DNA of 64,000 nucleotides from Octopus bimaculoides (GCF_001194135.2 NC_068982.1:36505995-36569994); one strand, 5' to 3'; shown: positions 39,745 through 52,309, numbered from the stretch's first letter. The notes: generated from the sequence alone by a model not told the origin. Numbers and translations are program-made.

Positions 39745-41701
39745 ATGTGGAGTATATGTGAACAAACTTGTGTATGCCTACATGTGTATATGTAACATTT
39801 CATACATCTTATATGTGTCTGAGTGTCTGGGTTACATTTATGTGTGCATGTGTGTGTGTGTATACACACATGTGTCGGTATGTGCTTGTGTCGGTATGTA
39901 TAAATATATGTACATGTCTGNNNNNNNNNNNNNNNNNNNNNNNNNNNNNNNNNNNNNNNNNNNNNNNNNNNNNNNNNNNNNNNTATATATATATATATAT
40001 AGACCCAAACACAAGACACACATTCATACATAGAGATAATGTAGCTGTCCTAGTCGCTATTATAGTTATTTATTTGATTTCAGCTTATTCTTTTTGTCAT
40101 GTGATACTTTGTGATGTTAGTTTTGTTAATAGGACTGAACATAATGTGAAATATTGCATTTTAGTGAAATAAGGAAATTTTATGGACTACATATTACAGA
40201 TCATTGATCAAGAACTTGACAGACCAACTTAAGTTTTTGCAGATAGAGCCTGAACAAAAAGGTATATTGAATTTAAAAAAACATAACATTGCATTTGATA
40301 TTCATCAATCAGAATAAAAATATATAAACACTTCAAAGAAAATTATAATCCAGTGAAAAATGTGTTTGGAACAAAGATATGAATAATAAAGAAGTTATTG
40401 GACAAAATATATATAAAAAAAAAAAATTCAAAATAGAGATAGCTTATCTGAAATGTTTAAGCTTAGCTGGTGAGACATTCAAGTTGATATATAGATAGGT
40501 TCAGTTAGAAATGTGTGATGGGATATTGTACAAGTTCCTTTTATTTGATGGAGTGTGAAAATATTGCATTTTGAATTATGTATATCATTGATAAAATTTT
40601 GTGGTGAACTAATGCTAGTATGTTTAACCTATGTGACTCATAACAGCATCATATCAGAAACATAAATTTCCATGGATAAAACATTATCACGAGAATTTTT
40701 TCTCAAAATATAAAATACAGCATTAATCTTACAATGTTCATGTTCTGTAAAACTGAAATTTATTTGTATAAATCGGTAGTTATCATATACTACATATCTA
40801 TCTTATAGATAAATCATGACCAGTGGTGTTCTTTGGATATACAAATGCCTTTTGACAAAAGGCGTTGTAAGGATTGGTGATTTTTTTGCTGTTTTTTTTT
40901 TAGATTTTTAATATACACATCCTTAACTACAAAATTAAAAAAAATCAAAACTAAGTTAAAAGCAAACTATTTGTGTGGGGTGAAGGGAAGTTAAAATTTT
41001 GAAAATTTCTTTTTTTTTGCAAAATTGCAATCTTTGTTCTTTTGGGATAGGGGAAAAAATTTGATAGGTAGGGTGACTTTATGACATATCTGCCAAATTT
41101 AATCTCCTTCATTGATAACTTTGGAACCTGAAGAAATTTTCGAAACAAAAAATAATTTATGGGTGGGTGACTCTTTAACACATCCACCCAGAATTTGTTG
41201 GGTGTGAATGAAACTGTAAAATATATCAATAATATGACTTACATTTGAAAACAAAATAAAAGTAATGGCAACTAAAAGATATTTGAATGAAGTGCCAGAT
41301 CACTTTATACAACTATTTTGGTGAGTGTCTTTGTTATTTGAGAATTATTTTTTGTTTTTGTAACATGTTGCTTAATTTCCTTCAATTCAATTTTATTTAA
41401 AGCTACTTCACTTCCATGTTGTACCAAAAGTCAAGGACATGTTGAAAATATATGTCTTCAACAAGATTACCTAATCTCTTTAGCATTCGGATTACTCTGT
41501 CAAATGTATGGCTTATTTATTCACATTGTTTTAAATTAATCATGCATTATCTCGAAGCTTTGAGATTTTGATGATGTTATTGTTTATTTTTAGAATGATA
41601 TTGTTGTGCAGGTGTGAGAGACCAGATCTGGCCAGTTGACTATAAAACATGTAGAATTTTGGGGTTGGATACAGCTGGATTAAATGCTAAAAGTATATAG
41701 A

Positions 41702-42095
41702 GGCACAGGCATGGCAGAGTGGTAAGAAGTTTGCTTCCCAACCACATAGTTCTGGTTTTGGCACACTGTGTGATACCTTGGGCAATTGTCTTCTACTGTA
41801 GCTTCATGCCAACCAAAGCTTTGTGAGTGGATTTGGTAGATGGAAACTGGAAGAAGCCCATCACATATATGCATATATATATACCTGTGTGTCTTTGTTT
41901 CTGTGTTTGTCTCCCACCACTTCTTGACAACTGGTGTTGGTGTGTTTATGTCCCTGTAACTTAGGGGTTTAGCAAAAGAGACTGATAGAATAAGTATCAG
42001 GCTTTAAAAAAAAGAATTACTGGGGTTGATTCATTCAACTAAAAATTCAAGACAGTGCTCCAGCATGGGCACAGTCAAATAACTGAAACAAGTTA
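41702..42095 (+). mobile_element. SINE family A, full length; its TA-rich tail abuts the Gypsy insertion
   Basis: Head and tail are homologous to the other family A copies. Confidence 0.85.
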
Positions 42096-42104
42096 TATAT
42101 ATAT

Positions 42105-42342
42105 TGTTGTGGAAGGATTCCAACCACCCCTCAAGCGACTAAAAGGTGGACTGACTCATTGTTATAAAACAAAGAACTGTGAATAATTGGCATTTCATGT
42201 TGGAAGCAGTTCACTGTGATCCTTTGAAATAGAGTGTTGAGTCTCATGTAATAGCAATAGTAGTATATTGTGTATATACTTTCTCCACCACCACCCCACC
42301 CCCAGCTTCATTATATTATATGTCCAATACAAGAGTATAAAA
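42105..42342 (+). repeat. 5' LTR
   Basis: Direct repeat of 44125-44349. Confidence 0.9.
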
Positions 42343-42420
42343 GTGATGATGAGTGATCCGAAGCTTGCGTTAAATGTTAAAAAAAAATTTTTGATCCAAA
42401 AGCAAAGAAAAAATTGTTTT

Positions 42421-44030
42421 AACATGGAAGACTTATTGATCTCCGTGTTGCAGTGGCAACAGCAGCAACAGCAACAGCTACAGCAGCAACAGCAACAGCA
42501 ACAGCAGTAGCACCTACAACAGCAACAACAACAAAACCAACAATTGCTGAACTTAATGTTGAAGAAGTTTGAAAATACTTCAGGTTTGTACTCATCAGAC
42601 AGTGTAGCAAACTCAATTGAAGAATTCAACTATAAACCAGAAGAAGGTACTACCTTCTCTGCCTATTTTCATAGATATGAAGAAATCATCAAAGAAGAGT
42701 GGACTAATGAGAAAAAGGTACAGTTACTTTTAAGAAAGTTATCCCCTACGAAAAATATAGTAATTATATTCTGCCAAAGAAGCCAAGCAAAATTTGGTTC
42801 AATGAAACAATATTTTAGATAAAATTTTCAGTGAAAGAAGTCCCCTGTTCAATACTCACTGGCAATGTTTAAATTTGATCAAAAAAGATGATGAAGATTT
42901 CGTCGCCTATGCTGGAGTGGTTAACGGAGAGTGTAAGAAAATCAAATTGAATAAGTTGACCCCAGACATGTTCAAGTCTTTAATTTTTGTTCAAGGGCTT
43001 ACTGCAAGCAACAATGCAGCTATACATTCTCAGATGTTAACAAAATTAGAACAGGACCAAAAGTTAACTCTGCAGGCAGTAGCAGGAGAATGTCAGAGGA
43101 TTATTAATCTATAACATGACGCAAATAAAATTGAAGAGAAAGATTGTTCTCAGATTTAAGTGTGTTGACTAGTAGCAAATAAGAAAATAGACAAAAAATA
43201 TCAAGATTGAATCCATATTATGGGCGTGGTGGTCTACATTTTTAAAATAACTGTTCATTTAAAAATATAAAATGCTACAAGTGTGGTAAAAATAGGCCAT
43301 GAAAAATTGCATTGTAGGACAGAACCTAAAAAACAGTTCAACAGAAAAAATCATGTAAATGGATTATCAGTGACAAAAAATACAAACGGGCCTCAAAGAA
43401 AACTTGTGTATGTAAAAATTAACAGCACAAATGTAAAGTTAAATTGGATACAGGCAGTAGTATCCCAATAATTAACACAGATACATGGAAAAAGATTGGG
43501 AGATTAAATGAAACCTCAAAAATTGCCTGTGGTGTTTCAGGAAAAAGATTATATTTCAAGGGCTAATTGTTAAGTAACATTACATCTTGTGAAAAAACCT
43601 TAAAGGCTAAAGTTTTTGTGTTAAATAATACAACAAATTTGTTCAGTACTGATTGGGATGGAATTGTTTAATTTATGGTACTTCCCCATAAATCTTTTCT
43701 GTAAAAATGTAAATGGTTTTTCTTCCAGCATCGATAAGTCGTCAGATGAATTGCAAAAAAATTTTTTAATATTTTTCCTGAAGTTCTGTCTGACAAATTA
43801 TATTTGTGTACCAAAACAAAAGCATGGTTTCAAATACAAGAAAATGCCATGCTGACATTTAAACAAAAACAAATGGTACCATTTGCAGCATTAGAACAGA
43901 TAAACCTAGACATAGAGACTAGAAAAAATTAGAGTTATCCAAAAAGTAGAATACTCTGAATGGGCATCACCTGCTGTATTCGTTAAGGAAAAGAATAAAA
44001 TCAGAGTGTGCTGACATTTTTCCACTGGAA
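42421..44030 (+). pseudogene. Gypsy gag-pro-partial RT pseudogene with N-terminal polyQ
   Basis: ORFs 42268-42510, 42544-42822, 42875-43114 and 43283-43471 are frameshifted pieces of one gag-pol. Confidence 0.85.
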
Positions 44031-44124
44031 TTGAGCCCTAAACATTTTAGGTATTAAAACTTGGAGTGGAATTCAATTCTCAAAAGGGGAGAAGATAGGG
44101 GAAATTGATTCTAAAACTGGGAGA

Positions 44125-44349
44125 TGTTGAGGAAGGATACTGACCACCCCTCAAGTGACTAAAAGGTGGACTGACTCATTGTTATAAAACAAAGAACTGT
44201 GAATGATTGGCAGTTGTGCTGGAAGCAGTTCATTGTGTGCCTTTGATATAGAGTGTTTAGTCAAATGTAATAGTAATAGTAGTGCATTGTGTATATACTT
44301 TCTTCCTCTCTCTTCATTATATTATATATCCAATACAAGGATATAAAAT
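44125..44349 (+). repeat. 3' LTR
   Basis: Direct repeat of 42105-42342, preceded by the purine-rich 'aaaactgggaga'. Confidence 0.9.
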
Positions 44350-44471
44350 ATATATATAAAGTTGAGATCATAAGAATTCTATAAACTTTCAAGACAATAT
44401 AGAATAATACTTTTTTGGAACAAAGCACACTCATAAAGCTAGAAATGAAGCACCTTACCCAATATTTACGT

Positions 44472-44539
<68 letters not shown>

Positions 44540-44554
44540 CATACATACATATAT

Positions 44555-45280
44555 ATATCATCATCATCATCATCCTTGTTTAACATCCGTCTTCCATGGT
44601 TTGAACGGTTTGACTGTGGACTTGCAAGCCAGGAGGCTGCACCAGGCTCCAATCTGATCTGGCAAGATTTTTACAGCTGGATGTCCTTCCTAACACCAGT
44701 CACAGATCTGGTCAGTAGCACTTAACAGGTTGTTTCATAGGAACCTTCAGTTGTCCTCAACATTATGTGATGCTATAGCCTCCTCTTTATCACCAAAAGC
44801 TTCAATTAATACGTCTCTAAATCTCTGTCCATTGAGAGGATCCTTAAGCTTCCAGACCCTTCATATCTATGCTGGTTGTGTTCTGGGCAGCCATTTAGCC
44901 CTGGTTCTGAAGTTTGTTAACTACTAACTTATGTTGTGGGGTACATTCTTCACTTGGGAAAGTTTTGGCATTTATAAGTAGACATCTTTCCCATTTTCTG
45001 GTGAGAATGTAGTCAATTTGATTAGTGTGCCCACCAAACTGATAGGTGAACAGGTGACTGGCAGGTTTCCTGAAGTTAGTATTACAGATCATAAGATCAT
45101 TTGCATTACAGAACTCCAGCAGCCTGGTTCCCTCCTCATTGCAGGAACCAAATCTGTTGCCACCATGTACACCATGGAAGCTCCCTGGATGTTGTCCAAC
45201 ATGCCTGTTGAAGTCACCAACCACAAAGGTCCCTGTCATTCGTCAATGAGGTAGTCTGCAAGAGAGTGTCATAAAATCGA
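44555..45280 (-). mobile_element. RTE LINE deletion derivative: endonuclease fused directly to the 3' tail
   Basis: VVGDFNRHVGQHPGSFHGVHGG...NEEGTRLLEFCNANDLMICNTNFRKPASHLFTY...NQIDYILTRK (ORF 44895-45239) and linker run to about 44703, then the 'ggtgttaggaaggacatccagctgt...gatgatgat' tail. No RT domain. Confidence 0.9.
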
Positions 45281-45299
45281 TCTTTGTGTTTTTCAGGTA

Positions 45300-45339
<40 letters not shown>

Positions 45340-45379
45340 NNNNNNNNNNNNNNNNNNNNNNGAGAGAGAGAGAGAGAGA

Positions 45380-45595
45380 GAGGGGGATTCTGAAAAGTTC
45401 CTGGCTTTAAGGGTATCATGAAAGGCTTGGTTGGAGGCCCAACCTTGAGTTCTTTTACAGGGCTTAGAAAAACTGAAGGATCACTGTAATAAATGTGTGA
45501 ATCTGAGAGGAGAATATGTTGGATAAAATCATAATTAATTGATCCTCCTGTATTTTCTTTTACCCAAAGCCAGGAACATTTCAGCGTACCCTCAT
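45380..45595. mobile_element. Mariner-type MITE (~215 bp)
   Basis: TIRs gagggggattctgaaaagttcctggcttt and aaagccaggaacatttcagcgtaccctc. Confidence 0.75.
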
Positions 45596-45688
45596 GTGTG
45601 TGTATGTGTGTGTGTGAATAACAGCACAAAAAATTCAAACCTATGAGAAAAAAGTTGNNNNNNNNNNNNNNNNNNNNNNNNNNNNNNN

Positions 45689-45735
<47 letters not shown>

Positions 45736-46084
45736 ATGAATGTATGTATGAATAACAGTACAAAATATTTAAACCTATGAGAAAGATGTTGGCCATGAAA
45801 ATAACCCAGAAAACTTTGCTGGCCATAACATAAAACAAAAAACAAAACTATGACTGACACAAGAGAGTGATGTTCTGAACTTTAATTTATCAAAAAAAAC
45901 TCTATATGAAAAATGGCTAATCATTAGAGATCTTAATAAAGTAATTTTTTTTATTAAAGAAATAAATTTTGGAGTTTTACATGCCTAACAAATGACTTTG
46001 AACTAAAGCAATTATATCATGGAAGAGTTATCACAGCCATCTATAATCACACAAAATTCACCTTTTTTGTTAAATTCACCTTTT

Positions 46085-46253
46085 TTGTTAAATTCACCTT
46101 TAATTTATTTTTTGGTGTATCAAAATTTTCATTGCGACATTGTAACCTGGTTACAGTTCTACAGTTGCAGTGGAACTGTGGCAATGACCAAATCACAGAT
46201 GTGCAATGAAAATTGTGACATCTCAAAAAATTAAAGAAAAGTGAATTTAACAA
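46085..46253. repeat. Imperfect palindrome (~58-bp arms) with an 18-bp tandem duplication of the left end
   Basis: ttgttaaattcacc...aaaattttcattgc matches the reverse complement of gcaatgaaaatt...gtgaatttaacaa. The unit aaattcaccttttttgtt repeats about 2.7 times from 46054. Confidence 0.75.
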
Positions 46254-46385
46254 CGTTTTTGCATGAATTTGGATGTCTAAAATGAGTCTTCATGATGTAA
46301 AGAAATAAATATCATATTTCTAATTTAAAAACAACATATAAGTGATATAGATAAACAATTACAGAATATTTGTTCACATATAAGT

Positions 46386-46750
46386 GCAGACATGGCTGTG
46401 TGGTTAAGAAGTTCACTTTGCATTTATGCAGTTTCAAGTTCGGTCTCACTATAGGGCTTGTGTCTTTTACTATAATCCCAGGCTGATCAATGCCTTGAGA
46501 GGAAACTGTGAGGAAGCCCTTTGTGTATATACATGTGTGTGTGTGTGTGTCTTTGTGTTTGCATTGCGTTTGTTCCCTGCTGCCACCTGACAACTAGCGT
46601 TAGTTTGTTTACAAACTCATAGCACTTTGGCAAAAGAAATAGTTACCGGATTTAAAAATAAGTACTGGGGTTGATTTGTTCATCTAAACCCTTCAAGGTG
46701 GTGCTCTGGCATGGCCACAGTACAATAACTGAAGCAAGTAAAAAATAACA
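46386..46750 (+). mobile_element. SINE family A
   Basis: Homologous to 41702-42095. Confidence 0.8.
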
Positions 46751-48060
46751 GATACAACAATAAGATTGTTTTCAAATGCTAGGCCATCATCATCCTCATA
46801 AATATAATTGCTTGATCTACACTCACATTCTTTCAAGTAACTGTAAAATAGCTCTTCTAATGTAGCATTCACTCGTTTATATTTTTTCATTGTTATGAAA
46901 CCATAACGACTCAATATCTCCTCGCACGCATGTGTGTGTGTGCGTGTGCGTGAGTGTGCATGAGGGTTAGCAAGATTGACAAAATTCCTACTGTGTTGAG
47001 CAAAATAATGGTCAAACACACGTGATAAGAGCTATTTTTGTTTATATTTAAAGAATGGAAGTATTTATAGAATGAACATTTTTGATAATGAAAGCATTTT
47101 ATAATTAATTTGGTCCACTAATCTCCAATATCACCAAAATTTTAATTAAATATAGTTTTAGTAATAATGAGTTATTATGAAAGATATCAGTAGTTCTGGG
47201 GGTTTTTTTGTGTGTTTTTTTAATTTTAAAGTTTTTAAAGAATTTAAAATTACTCCCTTATGGCAGTAATAGTTTCCAAACAGCTCCTTCACTTTCTTGG
47301 AAATAGTTGATAGTCAGTAGTGATAATAATCAATCAATATAAAGTTTATAAGAATGGGAGAAAGTTTATTTGCCATGAGGAATAAGCAGTAAAATGTTTT
47401 GTTGCTCTTTTTCTTTGCATGAAATTGGAGAAATGAGGGGAAAATACTTGGAGACTTGATTTAGTGGAGACAACCAAATAACAGGGATAGTGTGAGAAAA
47501 GGAGAAACCAAGGAGGAATACAAAGAAGGTTCAAATAGATAAAAGGCAAGGTAGAATGATACACTAATTCAAATAATTATATACTGTGGTACAGTTTCCA
47601 TGACAGATTAACACATTCATCATATTTCTGTTTGAAATACACCTGCTTTGTTTCAAGTAATTTTAAACACAATAAAGGAGTTGATAAAGTTCAACCAGAG
47701 TACTGAAACCCTTTACTGTATAGTAAACTGTAAATTAATTGGATGTTTTATAATAATAATAATGATAATGGACTCTCCCATTGAAGATAATGTATGAGTG
47801 TTCAACTTTTACCAAACCATCTGCACATATGATTTGTTTATAGTAATCAAATGTATGTACTGTGCATTAGCTCACTCCCTCCATCAAATCAACTTTGCCT
47901 GAACAGGTGCCCGGTGTATCACATATCAGTGTCAAAGTGATTGCAGAGCAATGTGAGATGAAGTGTTTTGCTCAAGAACACAATGCACCACCTGGTCTAG
48001 GAATTGAAACCACTATCTTGTGATCATGAGTGCATTACCCTAACCGCTAGTTTATGCATC

Positions 48061-48106
<46 letters not shown>

Positions 48107-48211
48107 GAATAATAATAAGATAATAATAATATCGTTCACTAGATAACAATGGCACTCTTCTTTTAATTTTGACTCTATATCTTCAGGAGGAGTTACCTCA
48201 ATCCTTTCTAT

Positions 48212-48249
<38 letters not shown>

Positions 48250-50096
48250 TGATGATAATAATAAATACACAAGTAAATTCTTATTGAAAGAAACTTGAAA
48301 AAAAAAAAAAAAGAGCCACAACTAAATGTCTCCGTTTGCAGACATTGATCTTACTAAAACCAGGAAACTGAAAAGTGATTTCATTTTCATCACTGTCTGC
48401 CTTAAGCCACAGGTTCATGGGACAAGAACTTATTCAAATTCTCAAAGTGTATAGGCTGAGAATACACGACTCATTCTGAACAGGAAGTATCTGTTACAAG
48501 GTTAATCTTTGGGTGCCACTCGTATTCATTATTAACTGAGTACTAAGAGCAACATGAAATGAAGTACCTTACTCAAAGACATAAAGCACTACTTGGTCCA
48601 ATAATTGAACCCACGACCTAACTATCAAGAGTTCATCATCCTAACACTAGGTTATGTGCCTTCACTTCATCACTGTGTATATACATAAATTATAAACATA
48701 TAGTATTAGTATATTGAAAATATACTATATTTGGTACTGTATGTCATATGGTACTATATGTCCATGAAGACTGAATTTCCAACAGTCTAGGCATAGGAAA
48801 CTCAACCATAAGAGTTTAAGTTCCAAGGGACTGGGAGATGATATTCAGTAACAGTGCTGGGAAATGCATGCCTCAGAGAGAGTTGAGACATGTAGATGAC
48901 TGGTTATCCTATTGCATCTTTGGTATATTTTCAATCATCTCAACCTCTTTGCTACTGGTCTAGGACGTCTAGGATGTAAGTGAGGCTGGTTGTTTGATGC
49001 AGCCCTGTCTCAATAAAATCCAAGTCCAGCACAAGTCAAGACTGGAAATTCTTAGGAAAACGAAATGGTGGTTTTTCTATTGCATCATTTTGAATTTCCC
49101 ATGTGGCTGCAATAATAAAATGCTAACACATTTTTAGTTTTCTCACTTGTCAGGGCACACAGAACATGTAATAGAGGTAGTGCATTTGCTATTCTTCACT
49201 TGCTGTTTGAGTCTTTCATGGCTCATCTGTTGTTTAGGAGATGCCTGATTCAGGTGTCAGATGCATAACAATCCATTGTCATGAGGTTACATGTGAAAAA
49301 TGAGTAGCTCAACAATATTTCAAGTTTTATTCCAACAATTTTTTATAAAGTATTAAAATTATATAGTAATACAGATGCACATTAAAGTTTTAGCCAATAT
49401 TGTATCAATACCTACAATAATCAGTATTACTCATGTTCAATGTGACAACTATGTTTCATGATCAACAGCTGCAATGTATATTGTAACGTCATCTGTTGAG
49501 TTTTAAAGAAACTAGCAGTTATCTGTACATAGAAGTAATGACAGGATATGATTAATTGCTGCATAGCAAAGGAGATATTTGTCTACTGATATGTACAAGT
49601 ACAGTTAGAATATAAAGAGTTATACATCATATCTCTTATTGCTTAGTGGATAATTGTCTATATCCTCTACAATCTACAGTAAATAGTAAATTGCTTCTCA
49701 GATTACTTTACCTTGCATAAATCACTTGTATTAGTTTCTAGGGTTAATAAACTATCACATTGCATTGAAAAGATTGTGATTCATGTGCTATTATTTATGG
49801 TGTATGTTATATTAAGTGTGTGTGTGTGCATGTACTTAAGTGTGTGTGTGCATGTACTTAGGTGTGTGTGTGCATGTACTTAGGTAGGCTGCTACACACA
49901 TACATATGTGTATCTGGGATTTGTTTTCTCATTTGTAGATTTCAGCCAGTTACTAAAAAAGTGAAAAGACCCTTTTGCTGCAGCCAAAACAACTCTTGGG
50001 ATTTGTGGATATGTCAGTTTCTGAGTGTGTGTAATAAACCTTGTATTCATGTACAGGTCTTGGTTTATATGTCACCTCAGTATACATATGCATGTA

Positions 50097-51543
50097 CTGG
50101 GTGCAATGGGTAAATTGTTGCCACTTCATATTTTTAATTTCGTGTATGCACATTGTTTGTCTTTGATTTTGCTGACTACATGGTATAGTAGGGTCAATTG
50201 GGCACCATCTGTGAGAAAAAAACATGACATAAATCACTCTGCCAGAAATTTGGAAATGTCATGCTGTACTGCTTGGTATTCGTGCCAGAAGCTCCAATAC
50301 GAACATTTCAGAGTGTTTCGGTGTCAATCTGAGGACAATGCAGAGGATTCAGAAAGAGTTGGATGAGTCTAATAGTGATTATGAAAGTATGGCAGCTTGG
50401 AAAACTTGCTCTGATTGTTCTGATTAGAAAAGAACTCCTGAATTTGTTGGTGAGATCCAAGCCGTGATTGACAATGATCCCCCCAAGTCAATCAGGTCCA
50501 TTTCCAGGAACATGGGAGTGTCTGAGTTTCTTATTAGGTAGGTAGTGCATGAAGACATTTGGTATTCCTCATATAACATGAGAAAAGGCCTATTTTTTAT
50601 CTCAAGCCATCAAGGACAAGAGGAAAGACCATGCTATACAAAGCTTTTGAACAAACTCAAGCGTCCCCCTCCAACCAAACATGCTTTGGTTTTACTCAGC
50701 TGAGAAAAATTTCAGTCAGGATCAGATGGTGAACACATAGAACAACTGTTGACTTGCTATGTCCCCAAAAGATGTACTGAGAGTGATAAAAATTAGACAT
50801 CTAGTCAACATCATGATGTTTGGAGTGATCACTAGTGATGGCAATGTTATGCCTCCATTCATCTTCCCACACGGCCTCAGACTCAANNNNNNNNNNTTGA
50901 CTTGCTATGTCCCCAAAAGATGTACTGAGAGTGATAAAAATTAGACATCTAGTCAACATCATGATGTTTGGAGTGATCACTAGTGATGGCAATGTTATGC
51001 CTCCATTCATCTTCCCACACGGCCTCAGACTCAACATGGAGGCCTACATCAAGTGCCTGGAGGAATTAATGCTGCCCTGGGTCAAGAGGGTGGCTGCTGG
51101 AAGACCCTATGTCTGGCAACAGGACTCTGCACCATGCCACACAAGCAGGAGAACCCAGTCATAGCTGTCAGACAATTTCTGTGACCAAATCACCCCCAAA
51201 TTTGGCCACCTAACTCGCCACATTGCAACCCCATTGATTATTATGTATGGGGGTGCAATTGAGTGAGAGACCAACAAAACTTATAACACCAAAGATGAAT
51301 TGAAGGCAACGGTTATGGCAGCATTCACCAACTTAAACAAGGTGACCATCCAGAAGAGTTGCAGAAGATTCTGAGGTTGTCTGGAGGCAGTGGTTGAAGG
51401 CAATGGCGATTTTATTGAATGAATTTACTCTTTAGTATTTCAAGATATTTTAATGTAATTTTGGTAAATATATCTGTTAAAATGAGATGTCAGTTATTTT
51501 CATTTTTGCGTAATTTAGATGACAATTTATTCATTGCACCCTG
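50097..51543 (+). mobile_element. DD37D (maT-type) Tc1/mariner transposon, full length, decayed
   Basis: TIRs ctgggtgcaatgggtaaattgt and the reverse complement cagggtgcaatgaataaattgt match at 19/22, with TA on both sides. Motifs: MMFGVITSDGNVMPPFIFPHGLR, YVWQQDSAPCHTS, WPPNSPHCNP.DYYVWG. It contains a 138-bp duplication across a 10-N gap. Confidence 0.9.
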
Positions 51544-52167
51544 TACTTCATTACTCTTTATATGAGTGAATATGTTTTGTCCAGGACATTCAGAGAATCC
51601 CTGAAATGTTCTATAAATTCCTACTGTACAATTGCATGTGGAGGTGAATCTATTTTGTTCTTTCTTTGAGACCCTGGCATTTTTAGGCTTTTGTACAAAT
51701 CTACTGTTGCATAACCCAGTGCATCTATGATAATAGGTACAGATATTTGTTTGTTTGTATGTATGTATGTATGTGTGTGTATGTATGTATGTATGTATGT
51801 ATGTATGTGTGTACATATGTATGTATGTATGTGTGTATGTGTGTATGTATGTATGTGTGCATATATGTATGTGTGTATGTATGTGTGTTTGTATGTGTAT
51901 GTCACATTAAAATTACATTTTATGTGCTTGTCGCACTTTGACCCAACCTGAATTTCACCCCTTACAAGTTTTTTCAATGGAACATGCAAAAAGCAGGTAT
52001 TCCATTGAAGTAAAGTGACACTTTCATTTTGTCATCCGGATGTTCAATTCAGATAAATTTATATACGCATGCATATGTTGTTATATATATTTACTTGTTA
52101 TTTTATTTTATTCTTTTAAATCTTCATTCATTGATGAGAAATTAGGATGGGATAGATATTGCATGTA

Positions 52168-52176
52168 CACATGTCT

Positions 52177-52264
<88 letters not shown>

Positions 52265-52277
52265 ACATACATACATA

Positions 52278-52309
<32 letters not shown>

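Larger units (their letters stand above)
42105..44349 (+). mobile_element. Ty3/Gypsy LTR retrotransposon, internally deleted (gag, protease, start of RT only)
   Basis: Direct repeats at 42105-42342 and 44125-44349 both start TGTTG and are about 85-90% identical by eye. A decayed PBS-like 'gtgatgatgag' follows LTR1 and a purine tract precedes LTR2. Coding remnants: Gag YSSDSVANSIEEFNYKPEEG.TFSAYF.RYE, zinc knuckle CYKC.KIGH...HC, protease KL.LDTGS (frameshifted), RT start YSEWASPAVFVK...IRVC. Confidence 0.9.

Noticed and set aside
45615-45795. ~45-bp duplicated segment on either side of an N-gap
   Set aside because: The copies are diverged and short, so this is a minor local duplication with no further structure.
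49815-49885. Three ~23-bp direct repeats (gtgtgtgtgcatgtactta.g), superficially array-like
   Set aside because: Contiguous tandem units with no unique spacers; a microsatellite derivative, not CRISPR.
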